NCBI GenBank assembly: GCA_001917535.1
Contig: MNEF01000098.1
Span: 45,241-109,240, forward strand
Direction of reading: 5' to 3'
DNA length: 64,000 bases
Origin: Candidatus Rokubacteria bacterium 13_1_40CM_69_27
GTDB taxonomy: Bacteria; Methylomirabilota; Methylomirabilia; Rokubacteriales; CSP1-6
Under the pieces are notes generated by a model. The model was not told the DNA's origin and made no database searches. It saw only the letters and a program-made list of their open reading frames with translations. Below, one piece after another: positions 26,125 to 35,567 of this stretch. Each line of letters starts with the position of its first letter. Position 1 is the stretch's first letter. Made by a program: the position numbers and the translations under genes.

Positions 26125-27536
26125 AGGTGGTGGTCGTCGGGGGCGGCATCACCGGACTGGCCTGCGCCCACCGTGCGGTGGAGATCGCGCGGGAACGCGG
26201 CATCGAGCTCGAGCTCACGCTGCTGGAGGCGCGCGAGCGACTCGGGGGGACGATCGAGACCGAACGAACCGGCGGCTTCCTGATCGAGGCCGGCCCCGAT
26301 TCCTTCCTGTCCGAGAAGCCGTGGGCGCTCGCACTCTGCCGGCGCCTGGGGGTGGTGGATCGGCTCGTACCGACCGACGATCGCTTCAGGAAGACGTTCG
26401 TGTGGTTCCGGGGACGTCTGCACCCCTTGCCCGAGGGCTTTCAGCTCCTGGCGCCGGCCCGCTTCGGCCCCTTCATCACCTCCGGCCTCTTCTCGTGGCC
26501 AGGCAAGCTGCGCATGGCGCTCGATCTGCTGCTGCCGCGCGGGATCCCCGGCGAGGACGAGAGCCTGGGCTCGTTCGTGCGGCGGCGGCTCGGACGGGAA
26601 GCGCTCGAGCGCGTCGCCCAGCCGCTGGTGGCGGGCATTTACACGGCCGATCCGGACGAGCTGAGCCTCGCCGCCACCATGCCGCGCTTCCTCGAGCTCG
26701 AGCGTCGGGAGCGGAGCCTGATCCTCGCCCTCTGGCGCGCGCGCCGCCGCGCGCCGGCGACGGCCGAAGGGACGAGCGGAGCGCGCTGGAGCCTCTTCGT
26801 CACCTTCGCCGACGGGATGGGGGAACTGGCGGAGGCGCTGGCCGGACGCTTGCCGCCGGGAGCCGTGCACCTCAAGCACCGCGTGGACGGGATCGAGCGC
26901 GGCGGTCGCTGGCGGATCGATCTCGGTGCCGGCGGCGCGCTCGAAGCCGACCGCGTGGTCGTCGCCACCGAGGCCCACGGGGCCGCTCGCCTGCTCCGGT
27001 ACGTCGATCCGCCGCTGGCGACGATGCTCCAGATGATTCCGTACGCCTCGTCGGCCACCGTGTCGCTCGGCTATCGGCGCGCCGACATCCCCCATCCGCT
27101 CGATGGCTTCGGCTTCGTGGTGCCGCGCGTGGAGGGCCGCCAGCTGCTGGCGTGCACCTTCGCGAGCGTCAAGTACCCGGGGCGGGCCCCAGAGGGCGGA
27201 GCGCTCCTGCGCTGTTTCCTCGGCGGCGCCCTGAACGCCGCGGTGCTGGAGCGGGACGACGGCGAGCTCATCCAGCGGGCCAGAGAGGAGCTGAGCGCGG
27301 CGCTCGGCGTCACCGCCGAGCCGGTGCTCGCCCGGGTGGCGCGCCATCCCTTCGCGATGCCGCAGTACGGTGTGGGCCACCGCAAGAGCGTCGAGGCGAT
27401 CGAGCGCCGGCTCGAGACGGCGCCCGGCCTCGCGCTCGCCGGGGCCGCCTACGGGGGCGTGGGCATCGCCGACTGCGTGAGGTCGGGCGAGAGCGCCGCC
27501 GAGCGTGTCCTCCTCGGCCGAGCCCACGAGGGCTGA
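26121..27536 (+). CDS. hemY: Protoporphyrinogen oxidase (FAD-dependent HemY/PPOX type)
   Basis: 471 aa with a GTG start and a dinucleotide-binding motif VVVVGGGITGLACA. It has full-length PPOX-family similarity. Confidence 0.85.
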   Translation: MKVVVVGGGITGLACAHRAVEIARERGIELELTLLEARERLGGTIETERTGGFLIEAGPDSFLSEKPWALALCRRLGVVDRLVPTDDRFRKTFVWFRGRLHPLPEGFQLLAPARFGPFITSGLFSWPGKLRMALDLLLPRGIPGEDESLGSFVRRRLGREALERVAQPLVAGIYTADPDELSLAATMPRFLELERRERSLILALWRARRRAPATAEGTSGARWSLFVTFADGMGELAEALAGRLPPGAVHLKHRVDGIERGGRWRIDLGAGGALEADRVVVATEAHGAARLLRYVDPPLATMLQMIPYASSATVSLGYRRADIPHPLDGFGFVVPRVEGRQLLACTFASVKYPGRAPEGGALLRCFLGGALNAAVLERDDGELIQRAREELSAALGVTAEPVLARVARHPFAMPQYGVGHRKSVEAIERRLETAPGLALAGAAYGGVGIADCVRSGESAAERVLLGRAHEG

Positions 27537-28231
27537 CGGCGACGGCGAGGACGGTGGACCGCGTTACGCGCGGTGCCGGAGCCCGCGCCGTAGGCGTCGA
27601 CGACCTCGCCCAGCTCGGCCCGCTCGTCGGGCCCCAGCGCCCGCTCGAGAACGCTCGCCGCGTGCCGGAGGACGGTGGCGTCCCGGGCTCGGGTGGCGCG
27701 CACCGCCAGGGCCTCCATCAGAAGCGCGCCGTAGGCGTCGAGCGCCTCGCCCGTGAGCCTGGGGCCGGCGGCGGCGACGAGCCGGCCGAGCCGCGGATAG
27801 TGCGGGGGGCTGTGGACCAGCACGGCGTCCTCGTGCGCCGCGTGGTAGGCCGCGAGGTCGCGGGTGCGGGGCGGGGTCGCCCAGCCGGCCTTCTTCTTCC
27901 ACGGGCAGACGCGGCAGGCGACCGACGAGCACGGCGGCGTAGAGCCCGCGGCCCGCCCCCGGGGGCGGCCGTCCGCGTGGTACACGAGAACACGGAAGGC
28001 CCCGCAGGAGGGCGACGCGCGCTTGAGGACGTAGCCGTCGAGGCCGAGTCGTCGGGCGGGGCACGCCGAGGCCGACCTCGACTCCGGGCAGACGGGCACC
28101 CACTCGACGAAGGGGCCGAGCGTCGCGGTGAGGAACGGATCGCGTTTGTCGCCGCCGTCGTAGCGGACACGCTCGCCCAGCAGGCACGCCGAGATTCCGA
28201 GGCGGGGCTTTTCGGACTCGATTTTCGGCAT
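27449..28231 (-). CDS. DUF523 + DUF1722 fusion protein (YbgA-like)
   Basis: The start is the ATG at 28231, giving MPKIESEKPRLGISACLLGERVRYDGGDKRD...VPVCPE (DUF523 N-terminus), then LKRASPSCG, then a DUF1722-like C-terminus (LAAYHAAHEDAVLVHSPPHYPRLGRLVAAA). The central part of DUF523 is shortened and the conserved GLxxPRP segment appears in another frame. The 3' end overlaps hemY by 88 nt. Confidence 0.5.
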   Translation of the reverse strand: MPKIESEKPRLGISACLLGERVRYDGGDKRDPFLTATLGPFVEWVPVCPESRSASACPARRLGLDGYVLKRASPSCGAFRVLVYHADGRPRGRAAGSTPPCSSVACRVCPWKKKAGWATPPRTRDLAAYHAAHEDAVLVHSPPHYPRLGRLVAAAGPRLTGEALDAYGALLMEALAVRATRARDATVLRHAASVLERALGPDERAELGEVVDAYGAGSGTARNAVHRPRRRRQPSWARPRRTRSAALSPDLTQSAMPTPP

Positions 28232-28253
28232 CGGCTCGCATAGTGTAGCAGTC

Positions 28254-28733
28254 GTGTCGGAGCCGCTGAGCCCGAGCGCCCAGAAGGTGCAGGAGGCGCT
28301 GACCGCGTTGGGCTTCACGTACCAGGTCGTCGAGTCGCCGCGACCGACGCGCACGGCCGCCGAAGCCGCCACGCTCGTCGGCGGCCAGGTCGGTCAGATC
28401 GCGAAGTCGCTCGTCTTCCGGGCGGCGCCGAGCGGTCGGCCGATTCTGGTGATCGCCAGCGGCGCGAATCAGGTGAACGAGTGGCGGATCGGCGCGCTGC
28501 TCAAGGAAACGCTCGAGAAGGCCAACGCCGCCTTCGTGCGCGAGCACACTGGCTTCGCCATCGGCGGGGTGCCCCCTCTCGGTCACGCCAAGCCGCTCCC
28601 GACCTTCATCGATCAGGACCTCATGAGGCACGCCGAGATCTGGGCCGCGGCCGGCACGCCGAACGCGCTCTTCCGGCTGATCCCCGCCGACCTGGTCAAG
28701 ATGACGGGGGGCCGCGTGGTCAAGGTCACCTAG
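28254..28733 (+). CDS. YbaK/ProX-type aminoacyl-tRNA deacylase domain protein
   Basis: 159 aa with a GTG start, reading SAQKVQEALTALGFTYQVVES...KSLVF...GGVPPLGH, which matches the YbaK/EbsC family. Confidence 0.75.
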   Translation: MSEPLSPSAQKVQEALTALGFTYQVVESPRPTRTAAEAATLVGGQVGQIAKSLVFRAAPSGRPILVIASGANQVNEWRIGALLKETLEKANAAFVREHTGFAIGGVPPLGHAKPLPTFIDQDLMRHAEIWAAAGTPNALFRLIPADLVKMTGGRVVKVT

Positions 28734-28746
28734 CCGGAGCCCCCGG

Positions 28747-29781
28747 ATGCCGACGATCGACCCTGCCAAACTCGAGCAGGTAACGCGTGACGTCTTCGTG
28801 GCCCGTGGGGTGCCCGCCGGCGATGCCGGGTGGATCGCCACGCTGCTCGTCCGTGCGAACCTCCGAGGCCACGATTCACACGGGGTGATCCGCATCCCCC
28901 ATTACGTACGCGCGATGAAGGCGGGCGAGGTCAACCCCGCGCCGCACATCACCGTGGAATCGGAGACGCCGACGATCGCCCTGATCGACGGCGATCAAGG
29001 CTTCGGGCAGGTCGTCGCCCGGCGGGGGATCACGCTGGCGGTCGAGAAAGCCACGGCCCAGGGGATGTCGGCGGTGACGCTGAAGCGCACGAATCACATC
29101 GGGCGCCTGGCCGACTACGCGGAGATGGCGGCCAGCCAGGGGCTGATCGGGATGCTCTGGGTGAACGCGCCCATGGCGCTCAACGTGGCGCCCTGGGGCG
29201 GCGCCGGGCGGCGGCTCGGGACCAACCCGCACGCGATCGCCGTCCCCGGACCGAACGGCAGCGTCGCCATGTCCCTCGACTTCGCGACGAGCGTCATCGC
29301 CGAGGGCAAGCTGAAGGTGAAGTTCAACCGGGGCGAGCCGGTCGCGCCCGGGATCATGCTGAACGGCGCCGGGCAGCCCTCGACCGATCCCCGCGAGTTC
29401 TACGCCGACCCGCCGGGCTCGCTGCTGACGGTGGGCGGGCACAAGGGCTACGGGCTCTCGCTGGCGGTCGAGATTCTGGGCGGGATCCTCTCGGGTACCG
29501 GCGTCGCCCGGGCCACGCCGGGTCCCGTCCAGAACGGCACCCTGATGGTCTGCCTCGATCCCGGCCGCTTCCTGCCCCCGGCGGACTTCCACGCCCAGGT
29601 GGAGGCGCTCTTCGCCTTCGCGCGCTCGGCGCCGCTCGCCGCCGGCGCCAAGGAGATCCTGATCCCCGGCGAGCCGGAGGCCCGCACCGAGCGCGAGCGC
29701 CGCGCGCACGGCATTCCCGTGGACGACGAGACCTGGCGACAGATCGCGAAGTGTGCGGCCGAAGTCGATGTGAGCGCCTGA
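28747..29781 (+). CDS. Ldh2 family malate/L-lactate/sulfolactate dehydrogenase
   Basis: 344 aa reading GHDSHGVIRIPHY...TNPHAIAVP...GGHKGYGLSLAVEILGG. Confidence 0.8.
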   Translation: MPTIDPAKLEQVTRDVFVARGVPAGDAGWIATLLVRANLRGHDSHGVIRIPHYVRAMKAGEVNPAPHITVESETPTIALIDGDQGFGQVVARRGITLAVEKATAQGMSAVTLKRTNHIGRLADYAEMAASQGLIGMLWVNAPMALNVAPWGGAGRRLGTNPHAIAVPGPNGSVAMSLDFATSVIAEGKLKVKFNRGEPVAPGIMLNGAGQPSTDPREFYADPPGSLLTVGGHKGYGLSLAVEILGGILSGTGVARATPGPVQNGTLMVCLDPGRFLPPADFHAQVEALFAFARSAPLAAGAKEILIPGEPEARTERERRAHGIPVDDETWRQIAKCAAEVDVSA

Positions 29782-29804
29782 GGGGCGCGGAGGCGGGATC
29801 GCGA

Positions 29805-30029
29805 ATGCTCCAGGTGGTCACGATGAAGGAGATCGACGCCATCTTCGCGGTCACCGACGCGCTCGGCATCCACCGGGAGATGCTGGTCATCCCGCTCGGC
29901 CCGGCCTCGCCGGGACGCGTGAGGCGGTTGCCGAACGGCAAGCTCGAGATCACCGTCGATGCCGCGCGCCCGATCGAGGAGTGGGTGAAGGAGCTGCCCG
30001 CCCTGATCGCGGCGGCCCCGGGGAAGTGA
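29805..30029 (+). CDS. Small hypothetical protein (74 aa)
   Basis: ATG at 29805 with GGAGG 8 nt upstream. Its stop overlaps the permease GTG start (GTGA). There is no recognised domain. Confidence 0.35.
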   Translation: MLQVVTMKEIDAIFAVTDALGIHREMLVIPLGPASPGRVRRLPNGKLEITVDAARPIEEWVKELPALIAAAPGK

Positions 30030-31342
30030 CGGCCGGGCTCCGGCGCGACCTCGGGCTGCTCCCCCTCGCCGCCGTCGTCTTCTTCAACGTCAGCGGCGGC
30101 CCCTATGGCGTCGAGGACATGGTGCCGTCGTTCGGCCCCGGCCTCACGCTCCTCCTGCTGCTCCTCACGCCGCTGCTGTGGAGCCTCCCCGTCTCGCTGG
30201 CCATGTCCGAGCTGGCCTCGGCGATGCCCGACGAGGGCGGCTACGTCACGTGGACCACCCGTGCCTTCGGGACCTTCTGGGGCTTCCAGGTCGGCTGGTG
30301 GTCCTGGGTGGACAGCTTCGTGGACGTCGCCGTCTACCCCACGCTCTTCGTCGAGTACGCGAAGTTCTGGTACCCGGCAATGACCTCACTGGAACGCTGG
30401 CTGCTGGCCCTCGCCTTCATCGTCGCCCTGACCGCGCTCAACGTGCTCGGCGTGCGCCCGGTCGGCCGGGCCGCCGTCGCCATGGCGGCCGCCGCGCTCC
30501 TGCCGATCATCGCGCTCGTCGTGGCCGGGCTCGCCTCCCCGCGCCAGTGGCCGTGGACACCATTCCTGACCGAGAGCGGCACGCTGGGGACGAGCCTGGG
30601 TCTGGGACTGGCCGTGGTCATGTGGAACTACTCGGGGTGGGACACGCCCTCGACCTGCCTCGGCGAAACGCGGGCGCCGGAGCGCGCGTTCCGGGCCGCG
30701 CTGTTCATGGCCCTGCCCGTGATCGCCGCCGGCTATCTCCTGCCGATGACCGCGGCGTTCGCCAGCGGAGCCGACTGGACGACGTGGACGACCGGCGAGC
30801 TGCCCAAGATCGCCCGCGCGGTGGGCGGCGCGTGGCTGGGACACGCGGTAGGCGCCGGCGCGGTCGTCAGCACGGCGGGGCTGTTCATGTCGCTGCTCCT
30901 GACCAACTCGCGCCTGCCCTACGTGCTGTCGCGGGAGGGGCTGATGCCCGCCTCCCTGGCGGCCGTCCACCCGCGGTTCGGCACGCCGTGGGTGGCGGTG
31001 GTGCTCTCGGCCGCGCTCTACGCCGCGTTCGCCGCCTTTTCCTTCAAGGAACTGATCGTCCTCAACGTCTGGCTCTACTCGCTGAGCCTGCTCGTGGAGC
31101 TGGCGGCGTTCGTCCGGCTGCGGGCGACCGAACCCACGATGGTGCGCCCGTGGCGGGTGCCGGGCGGTCGGGCCGGGGCGCTCGTCGTGGCGATCGTCCC
31201 CGCGCTGTTCGCCCTGGGGGCCATGGCCACGGCGGGGTGGCTCAACACGGCGGCTGGCGTCATGGCGGCGCTGACCGGGCCGATCATGTACGTGCTCTTG
31301 CAGCGGCGGCGATACTCTCTGAGCCAGGAGGGCCGGCCATGA
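30026..31342 (+). CDS. APC family amino acid/polyamine permease
   Basis: 12-TM hydrophobic protein (VVFFNVSGGPYGVEDMV..., AMSELASAMP). The start is the GTG at 30026. The tracked ORF started at 29981. Confidence 0.8.
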   Translation: MTAGLRRDLGLLPLAAVVFFNVSGGPYGVEDMVPSFGPGLTLLLLLLTPLLWSLPVSLAMSELASAMPDEGGYVTWTTRAFGTFWGFQVGWWSWVDSFVDVAVYPTLFVEYAKFWYPAMTSLERWLLALAFIVALTALNVLGVRPVGRAAVAMAAAALLPIIALVVAGLASPRQWPWTPFLTESGTLGTSLGLGLAVVMWNYSGWDTPSTCLGETRAPERAFRAALFMALPVIAAGYLLPMTAAFASGADWTTWTTGELPKIARAVGGAWLGHAVGAGAVVSTAGLFMSLLLTNSRLPYVLSREGLMPASLAAVHPRFGTPWVAVVLSAALYAAFAAFSFKELIVLNVWLYSLSLLVELAAFVRLRATEPTMVRPWRVPGGRAGALVVAIVPALFALGAMATAGWLNTAAGVMAALTGPIMYVLLQRRRYSLSQEGRP

Positions 31343-31540
31343 GACATCCTGTGTCAACCTTCGAATTGCATGCAGCGGCCACGCGCTGGGCGGCACAGTG
31401 AAGCATGACGTCGTAGGGACGGCGGTCTTGCCAGCAGCGCCACAGGACGCGAACTCACGCGCGGGCCAGGACGCGGATCGCGTGGGGATGATGGCAGCCC
31501 CGCCGGCGTGCGGCGGCGTAGATCGCCGCCGCCCAGGGCC

Positions 31541-31569
31541 TCGGAGGGGGCCGTCGAGGCCCCCTCCGA
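31541..31569. repeat. REP-like palindromic element
   Basis: tcggagggggcc gtcga ggccccctccga, a perfect 12-bp stem, lying between convergent genes (the permease and the ferredoxin-like protein). Confidence 0.85.
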
Positions 31570-31573
31570 CTGG

Positions 31574-31885
31574 CTAGCGCGAGGCCAGGTTGTCGTCGAT
31601 GACCGCCGCCAGACAGTTCAGGGCGCCGATCGAGTAGACGTATGTCTTCCAGCCGATCGCCACGTGATCCCCGCGCTCGCCCGGCCGCGGGGCGCGGTAA
31701 ATCGTCACGCCGACGTTCGGTCCCCTCCCCGTGCAGCCACCGGCGCAGCCCTCGCGCACGCGCACGACGTCCGCGAGGTTGCGGTCGGCGACGAGCGCCT
31801 GGAGATGGCGCGCGATCGCCCGGGCGTCCATCGGCACAGGCCGGCCGCCCCGCCGGAGGGGCAGCGTCACGGCCCCCGGCTCCAT
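31574..31885 (-). CDS. Thioredoxin-like [2Fe-2S] ferredoxin family protein (putative)
   Basis: The start is the ATG at 31885 (MEPGAVTLPL). It reads REGCAGGCTGRGPNVGVTIY...VAIGWKTYVYSI. The start may lie further upstream so as to include a fourth cysteine. The tracked N-terminal extension is rejected. Confidence 0.45.
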   Translation of the reverse strand: MEPGAVTLPLRRGGRPVPMDARAIARHLQALVADRNLADVVRVREGCAGGCTGRGPNVGVTIYRAPRPGERGDHVAIGWKTYVYSIGALNCLAAVIDDNLASR

Positions 31886-31938
31886 CGGACATACGGTGAC
31901 GACCAGTCGTCGCTTCGAAACCGCTTGCCTCCGGGGCC

Positions 31939-32217
31939 TCACGGGCAGCTCCCGGCCCTGGTCAGACCCAGGAGCAGGAAGGCGGCTCCGCCGGTGAGCC
32001 CGCCGGCGATGTCGGTCACCCAGTGAGCATTCAGAACGACGCGACTTACCGCGACCCCGGCCACCGCCGCCAGGCACAGGCCGGTGCCGACGCAGCGCCA
32101 GGCGCGCCGCGCGTCGCTCGTCCACAGCAGGTGGGTCAGCGCGCCAAAGAGAAGCGAGACGAGGGCCGGCCCGGCGAGCGCCTGTCGCGCGCCGCTCATT
32201 CGGGTGTCGGGCGTCAT
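31939..32217 (-). pseudogene. PAP2 phosphatase C-terminal fragment
   Basis: A 92-aa ORF carrying only the third PAP2 motif (SRVVLNAHWVTDIAGG) and two TM segments. Motifs 1 and 2 are absent. Confidence 0.4.
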
Positions 32218-33095
32218 CGCCGCTTCATTCTAGTCGGTGTCACGGGGGGAAGCGCCAATCGTCCAGCCAGTCGCGCCGCGGCGACGACCGGCTCCTCAGC
32301 GGGCGCGACCCAGCGCGCGCGCAAGCCGGCCTGCGCGACCGCCCGTCGGAGGCCCGCCCGGAACCACTCGTCCCTCAGCACGCTCCCGGCCCAGCTGATC
32401 GCGATGGGCGGCGGAAGCCGCAGGCGCCGCGCGACGTCCGCCACAAGCGCGGCAAGGTGGGCCTGGCCCGTCGTGACAATGGCCCGCGCCCTGCGGTGGC
32501 CGCGCCGGGCCCGCCGGACCACCGCCGGGGCGAGCGCGGCGATTCGCGCCACCGGATTTTGAGCATGCACGAGCCGGCGCAACGGCGGGAAGTCCTCGCC
32601 CCGGGTCGTCGCCCGTAGCCACTCCCGCCCGAGCCAGAAGGCCGAGCCCTCGTCACCGAGCAACGGGCCGAGCCCGCCCGCCCGCTCCCAACGTCCCCTC
32701 GCGTCCCGTCCGACCACGATCGAGCCCGTGCCCGACAGGACCAGCACGCCCGGGCGCGTTCCCAGCGCTCCCAGCAGCGCCGCCTGAGCATCCGAGAGCA
32801 CGACGACCCGCCGCGCCATGCCCTGGAGGCGGTGCGCCAGCGCGCGGCGCTCGCGCGCCGTCCAGATGCCGTGTGAGGCGACAACCAGCGTGGCGACGTC
32901 GCGATGCGTCCAGCCGCGGGGTTTCCAGACCGTAGGAAAAAATTTCTCCACTTCGCGCAGGCCGGTCGCCGGCACTGCAACGCTGGCGACGCGACGACCA
33001 CCCCGGAGCGCGAGCATCCGAAGCCACGTACCCCCGATGTCAACCCCGACCTCCAGGGCAGGCGGCGCGGGTCCTTTGTGTCGATTCGCGGACAT
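32214..33095 (-). CDS. BadF/BadG/BcrA/BcrD-type ATPase (N-acetylglucosamine kinase-like)
   Basis: 293 aa reading LEVGVDIGGTWLRMLAL...VLVLSGTGSIVVG. Confidence 0.75.
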   Translation of the reverse strand: MSANRHKGPAPPALEVGVDIGGTWLRMLALRGGRRVASVAVPATGLREVEKFFPTVWKPRGWTHRDVATLVVASHGIWTARERRALAHRLQGMARRVVVLSDAQAALLGALGTRPGVLVLSGTGSIVVGRDARGRWERAGGLGPLLGDEGSAFWLGREWLRATTRGEDFPPLRRLVHAQNPVARIAALAPAVVRRARRGHRRARAIVTTGQAHLAALVADVARRLRLPPPIAISWAGSVLRDEWFRAGLRRAVAQAGLRARWVAPAEEPVVAAARLAGRLALPPVTPTRMKRR

Positions 33096-33215
33096 GGCGT
33101 GACTCCCTGTCCCGTATTGTCTGTCAGTCGCACGAGGGGGAGTCTCCCGAAATCAGGCGGTTAAGGGGTATGTCCTGGATGGCATGGTAGATGCTGACAT
33201 TTCCGCCGGGAAGGG

Positions 33216-33845
33216 GTGCGGGCGATGGGCAGGACACTGGCGGCGTGGCTCTTGATGGCAGCCGCCGCGGCAGCGCCGACCATGACGCCGCGCGACGTCG
33301 TGCAGTCGGCCGTCATGCGCGTGCTCCAGACGATCGAAGACGCGCAGGCGTCGCAGCAGGCCGGGCGTCCGAACCCCGAGAAGGTGCGGCTGGAGATCCG
33401 GCGCATCGCCACGGATCTCTTCGACTTCGACGAAGTCTCCCGGCGCGCGCTGTCGCGCCACTGGGCCGCGCGGACCAGTCAGGAGCAGGCCGAGTTCATC
33501 TCGCTGTTCACCGACCTCCTCGAGCGCTCCTACGTGGGCAAGATCGAGTCGTACTCGGGCGAGAAGATCGCGTACACGGGGGAGCTCGTGGACGGCGACT
33601 ACGCCACCGTCCGCTCCCGCATCGTCAGCAAGCGGCGCACCGAGACCGCCCTCGACTATCGCCTGCACCGCGCGGGCGGCCGGTGGAAGGTCTACGACGT
33701 CATGATCGACGGCGTGAGCTTCGTCTCGACCTACCGCAGCGAGTTCAACCGGATCATCCAGTCGTCGTCGTGGGACGATCTGATGAACCGGCTGCGCAAG
33801 AAGCGGATCGAAATCCGGACCGTCGTCGACCGTCGAGCGAGCTGA
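33216..33845 (+). CDS. mlaC: MlaC/Ttg2D family phospholipid-binding periplasmic protein
   Basis: It has a signal peptide MGRTLAAWLLMAAAAAA followed by the Ttg2D/MlaC fold (LEIRRIATDLFDFDEVSRRALSRHWA...KVYDVMIDGVSFV). Confidence 0.75.
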   Translation: MRAMGRTLAAWLLMAAAAAAPTMTPRDVVQSAVMRVLQTIEDAQASQQAGRPNPEKVRLEIRRIATDLFDFDEVSRRALSRHWAARTSQEQAEFISLFTDLLERSYVGKIESYSGEKIAYTGELVDGDYATVRSRIVSKRRTETALDYRLHRAGGRWKVYDVMIDGVSFVSTYRSEFNRIIQSSSWDDLMNRLRKKRIEIRTVVDRRAS

Positions 33846-33865
33846 CCCGCAGAGTATGATGGGGC

Positions 33866-35350
33866 GTGCCCGGCACGCCCTCCGGCCTCACCTGGCCCGA
33901 TTACGCGGTCCTGGCCGTCTCCCTCGCCCTCCTCCTCGCCATCGGATTCGGCCTCAGCCGGCAGCAGCGCGACACGGTCGACTTCTTCCTGGCCCGCCGC
34001 CGCGTCCCCTGGTGGGCGGCCTGTCTGTCGTTCCTGGCCACCGAGATCAGCGCGGTCACCATCATCTCCGTGCCGGCCACCGCCTACAGCGAAAATTGGG
34101 AGTACGTGCAGTTCTTCGTCGGCGCCACCCTGGCCAAGTTCGCCGTCGCCTACCTGTTCATCCCCGCCTTCTACCGGCACGACGTGACCACCATCTACGA
34201 GTTCCTGCATCACCGCTTCGGGCGCGCCAGCCAGGTGACCGCCTCCATCTTCTTCTTCGTCACGCGCCTGCTGGGCTCGGGCGTACGCCTGATGGCGGCC
34301 GCCCTGGCGGTGTCCATTCTCATGGGCTGGCCGCTGGGGCCGACCATTGCCGTGTTCATCGTGGTGTGCATCCTCTACATCGGCACCGGGGGCGTCAAAG
34401 CGGTCGTCTGGACCAACGTCTTCCAGGCGGCCATGTTCCTCACGGCGGGCGCCGCGACGCTCCTCTACCTGATCTCGCGCATCGACGGCGGCCTGGCCGG
34501 CGTTGTCGCCGTGGCCGGCGGCGCCGGCCGCCTGAACGTCGTCAATTGGGGCCCGGCCCCCGGCGCGCCGGACTTCTGGCCCCGCGTCCTCACCGAGCCC
34601 AACATCGTCTGGGTGGCCGTTCTCAACGGCTTCGTCGGCTCGATGGCGGCGTTCGGCACCGACCACGATCTGATGCAGCGCCTGCTCACGGTCGAGACGC
34701 GGCGTGAGAGCCAGACGACCCTGTCGCTGACGCCGCTGGGGACGCTGGTGACGCTGATCATTTACCTGGGCCTGGGCGCGGCGCTCTACACCTTCTACGC
34801 CCAGCACCCGGCGCTCGCCGTCTCGCGACCCGATGAGATCCTCCCCCACTTCGTCCAGCAGGCGATGCCGGCGGTGCTCCGCGGGCTCATGCTGAGCGCC
34901 ATCGTGTTGGCCTCGATCGACTCGCCGCTGGGCTCGCTGGCCGCCTCGTTCGTCACCGACATCTACCGGCCCCTCCTGGTCCGCGGGCGGGGCGAGGGCC
35001 ACTACCTCCTCGCCTCCCGGATCAGCGTGGTCGGATTCGGCCTGGTCCTCGGCGTGCTCGCTCACGCATTCTCGCGGTTCGACCAGATCCTCTGGCTCGC
35101 CTTCAAGATCGCGGGCGTCACCTTCGGCTCGCTGCTGGGCGTGTTCCTGCTGGGGCTCCTCTGGCACCGCCGGGTGAACGACTGGGCCAACGTGGCGGCC
35201 ATGGTCCTGATGGCCCTGGTGAACCTGGTGCTGCTGGTCCTGTCGGAGACGACGGTGCTCGTCTTCGCGTGGTCGTGGCTGGTGATCCTGGGCACCGCGG
35301 GGACGATATTGGTGGCGCTGGCCCTCTCGGAGCTCTCCGAGAAGCGTTAA
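33866..35350 (+). CDS. Sodium:solute symporter (SSS/SLC5 family)
   Basis: 494 aa with a polytopic topology. It reads FFLARRRVPWWAACLSFLATEISAVTII...TIYEFLHHRFG. Confidence 0.85.
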   Translation: MPGTPSGLTWPDYAVLAVSLALLLAIGFGLSRQQRDTVDFFLARRRVPWWAACLSFLATEISAVTIISVPATAYSENWEYVQFFVGATLAKFAVAYLFIPAFYRHDVTTIYEFLHHRFGRASQVTASIFFFVTRLLGSGVRLMAAALAVSILMGWPLGPTIAVFIVVCILYIGTGGVKAVVWTNVFQAAMFLTAGAATLLYLISRIDGGLAGVVAVAGGAGRLNVVNWGPAPGAPDFWPRVLTEPNIVWVAVLNGFVGSMAAFGTDHDLMQRLLTVETRRESQTTLSLTPLGTLVTLIIYLGLGAALYTFYAQHPALAVSRPDEILPHFVQQAMPAVLRGLMLSAIVLASIDSPLGSLAASFVTDIYRPLLVRGRGEGHYLLASRISVVGFGLVLGVLAHAFSRFDQILWLAFKIAGVTFGSLLGVFLLGLLWHRRVNDWANVAAMVLMALVNLVLLVLSETTVLVFAWSWLVILGTAGTILVALALSELSEKR

Positions 35351-35418
35351 GGGGCCGAGGCGGGCAGAAGGCCCCGGGGATCACATCGTGCCGGTCTGGG
35401 AATTGCCGCGCGTCAAAG

Positions 35419-35443
35419 CGCGGGGGCGGGGACGGCCCCCGCG
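35419..35443 (+). terminator. GC-rich hairpin downstream of the symporter gene
   Basis: A 9-bp stem cgcgggggc ggggacg gcccccgcg with no U-tract after it. Confidence 0.3.
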
Positions 35444-35567
35444 GGTAGGCCGGTTGGGAGGGACGGTGATGAACGCCGACAAAGGAAGGGCTGAGTTCGG
35501 ACAGGCCAAAGGTTGCGTGATACTCCTCGCGTAGAGTGGAATGAAACAGAGGAGTTCAACCGGGCCA

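Noticed and set aside
35419-35443. The GC hairpin after the symporter gene read as a rho-independent terminator
   Set aside because: There is no downstream U-tract. It is kept only as a low-confidence hairpin.
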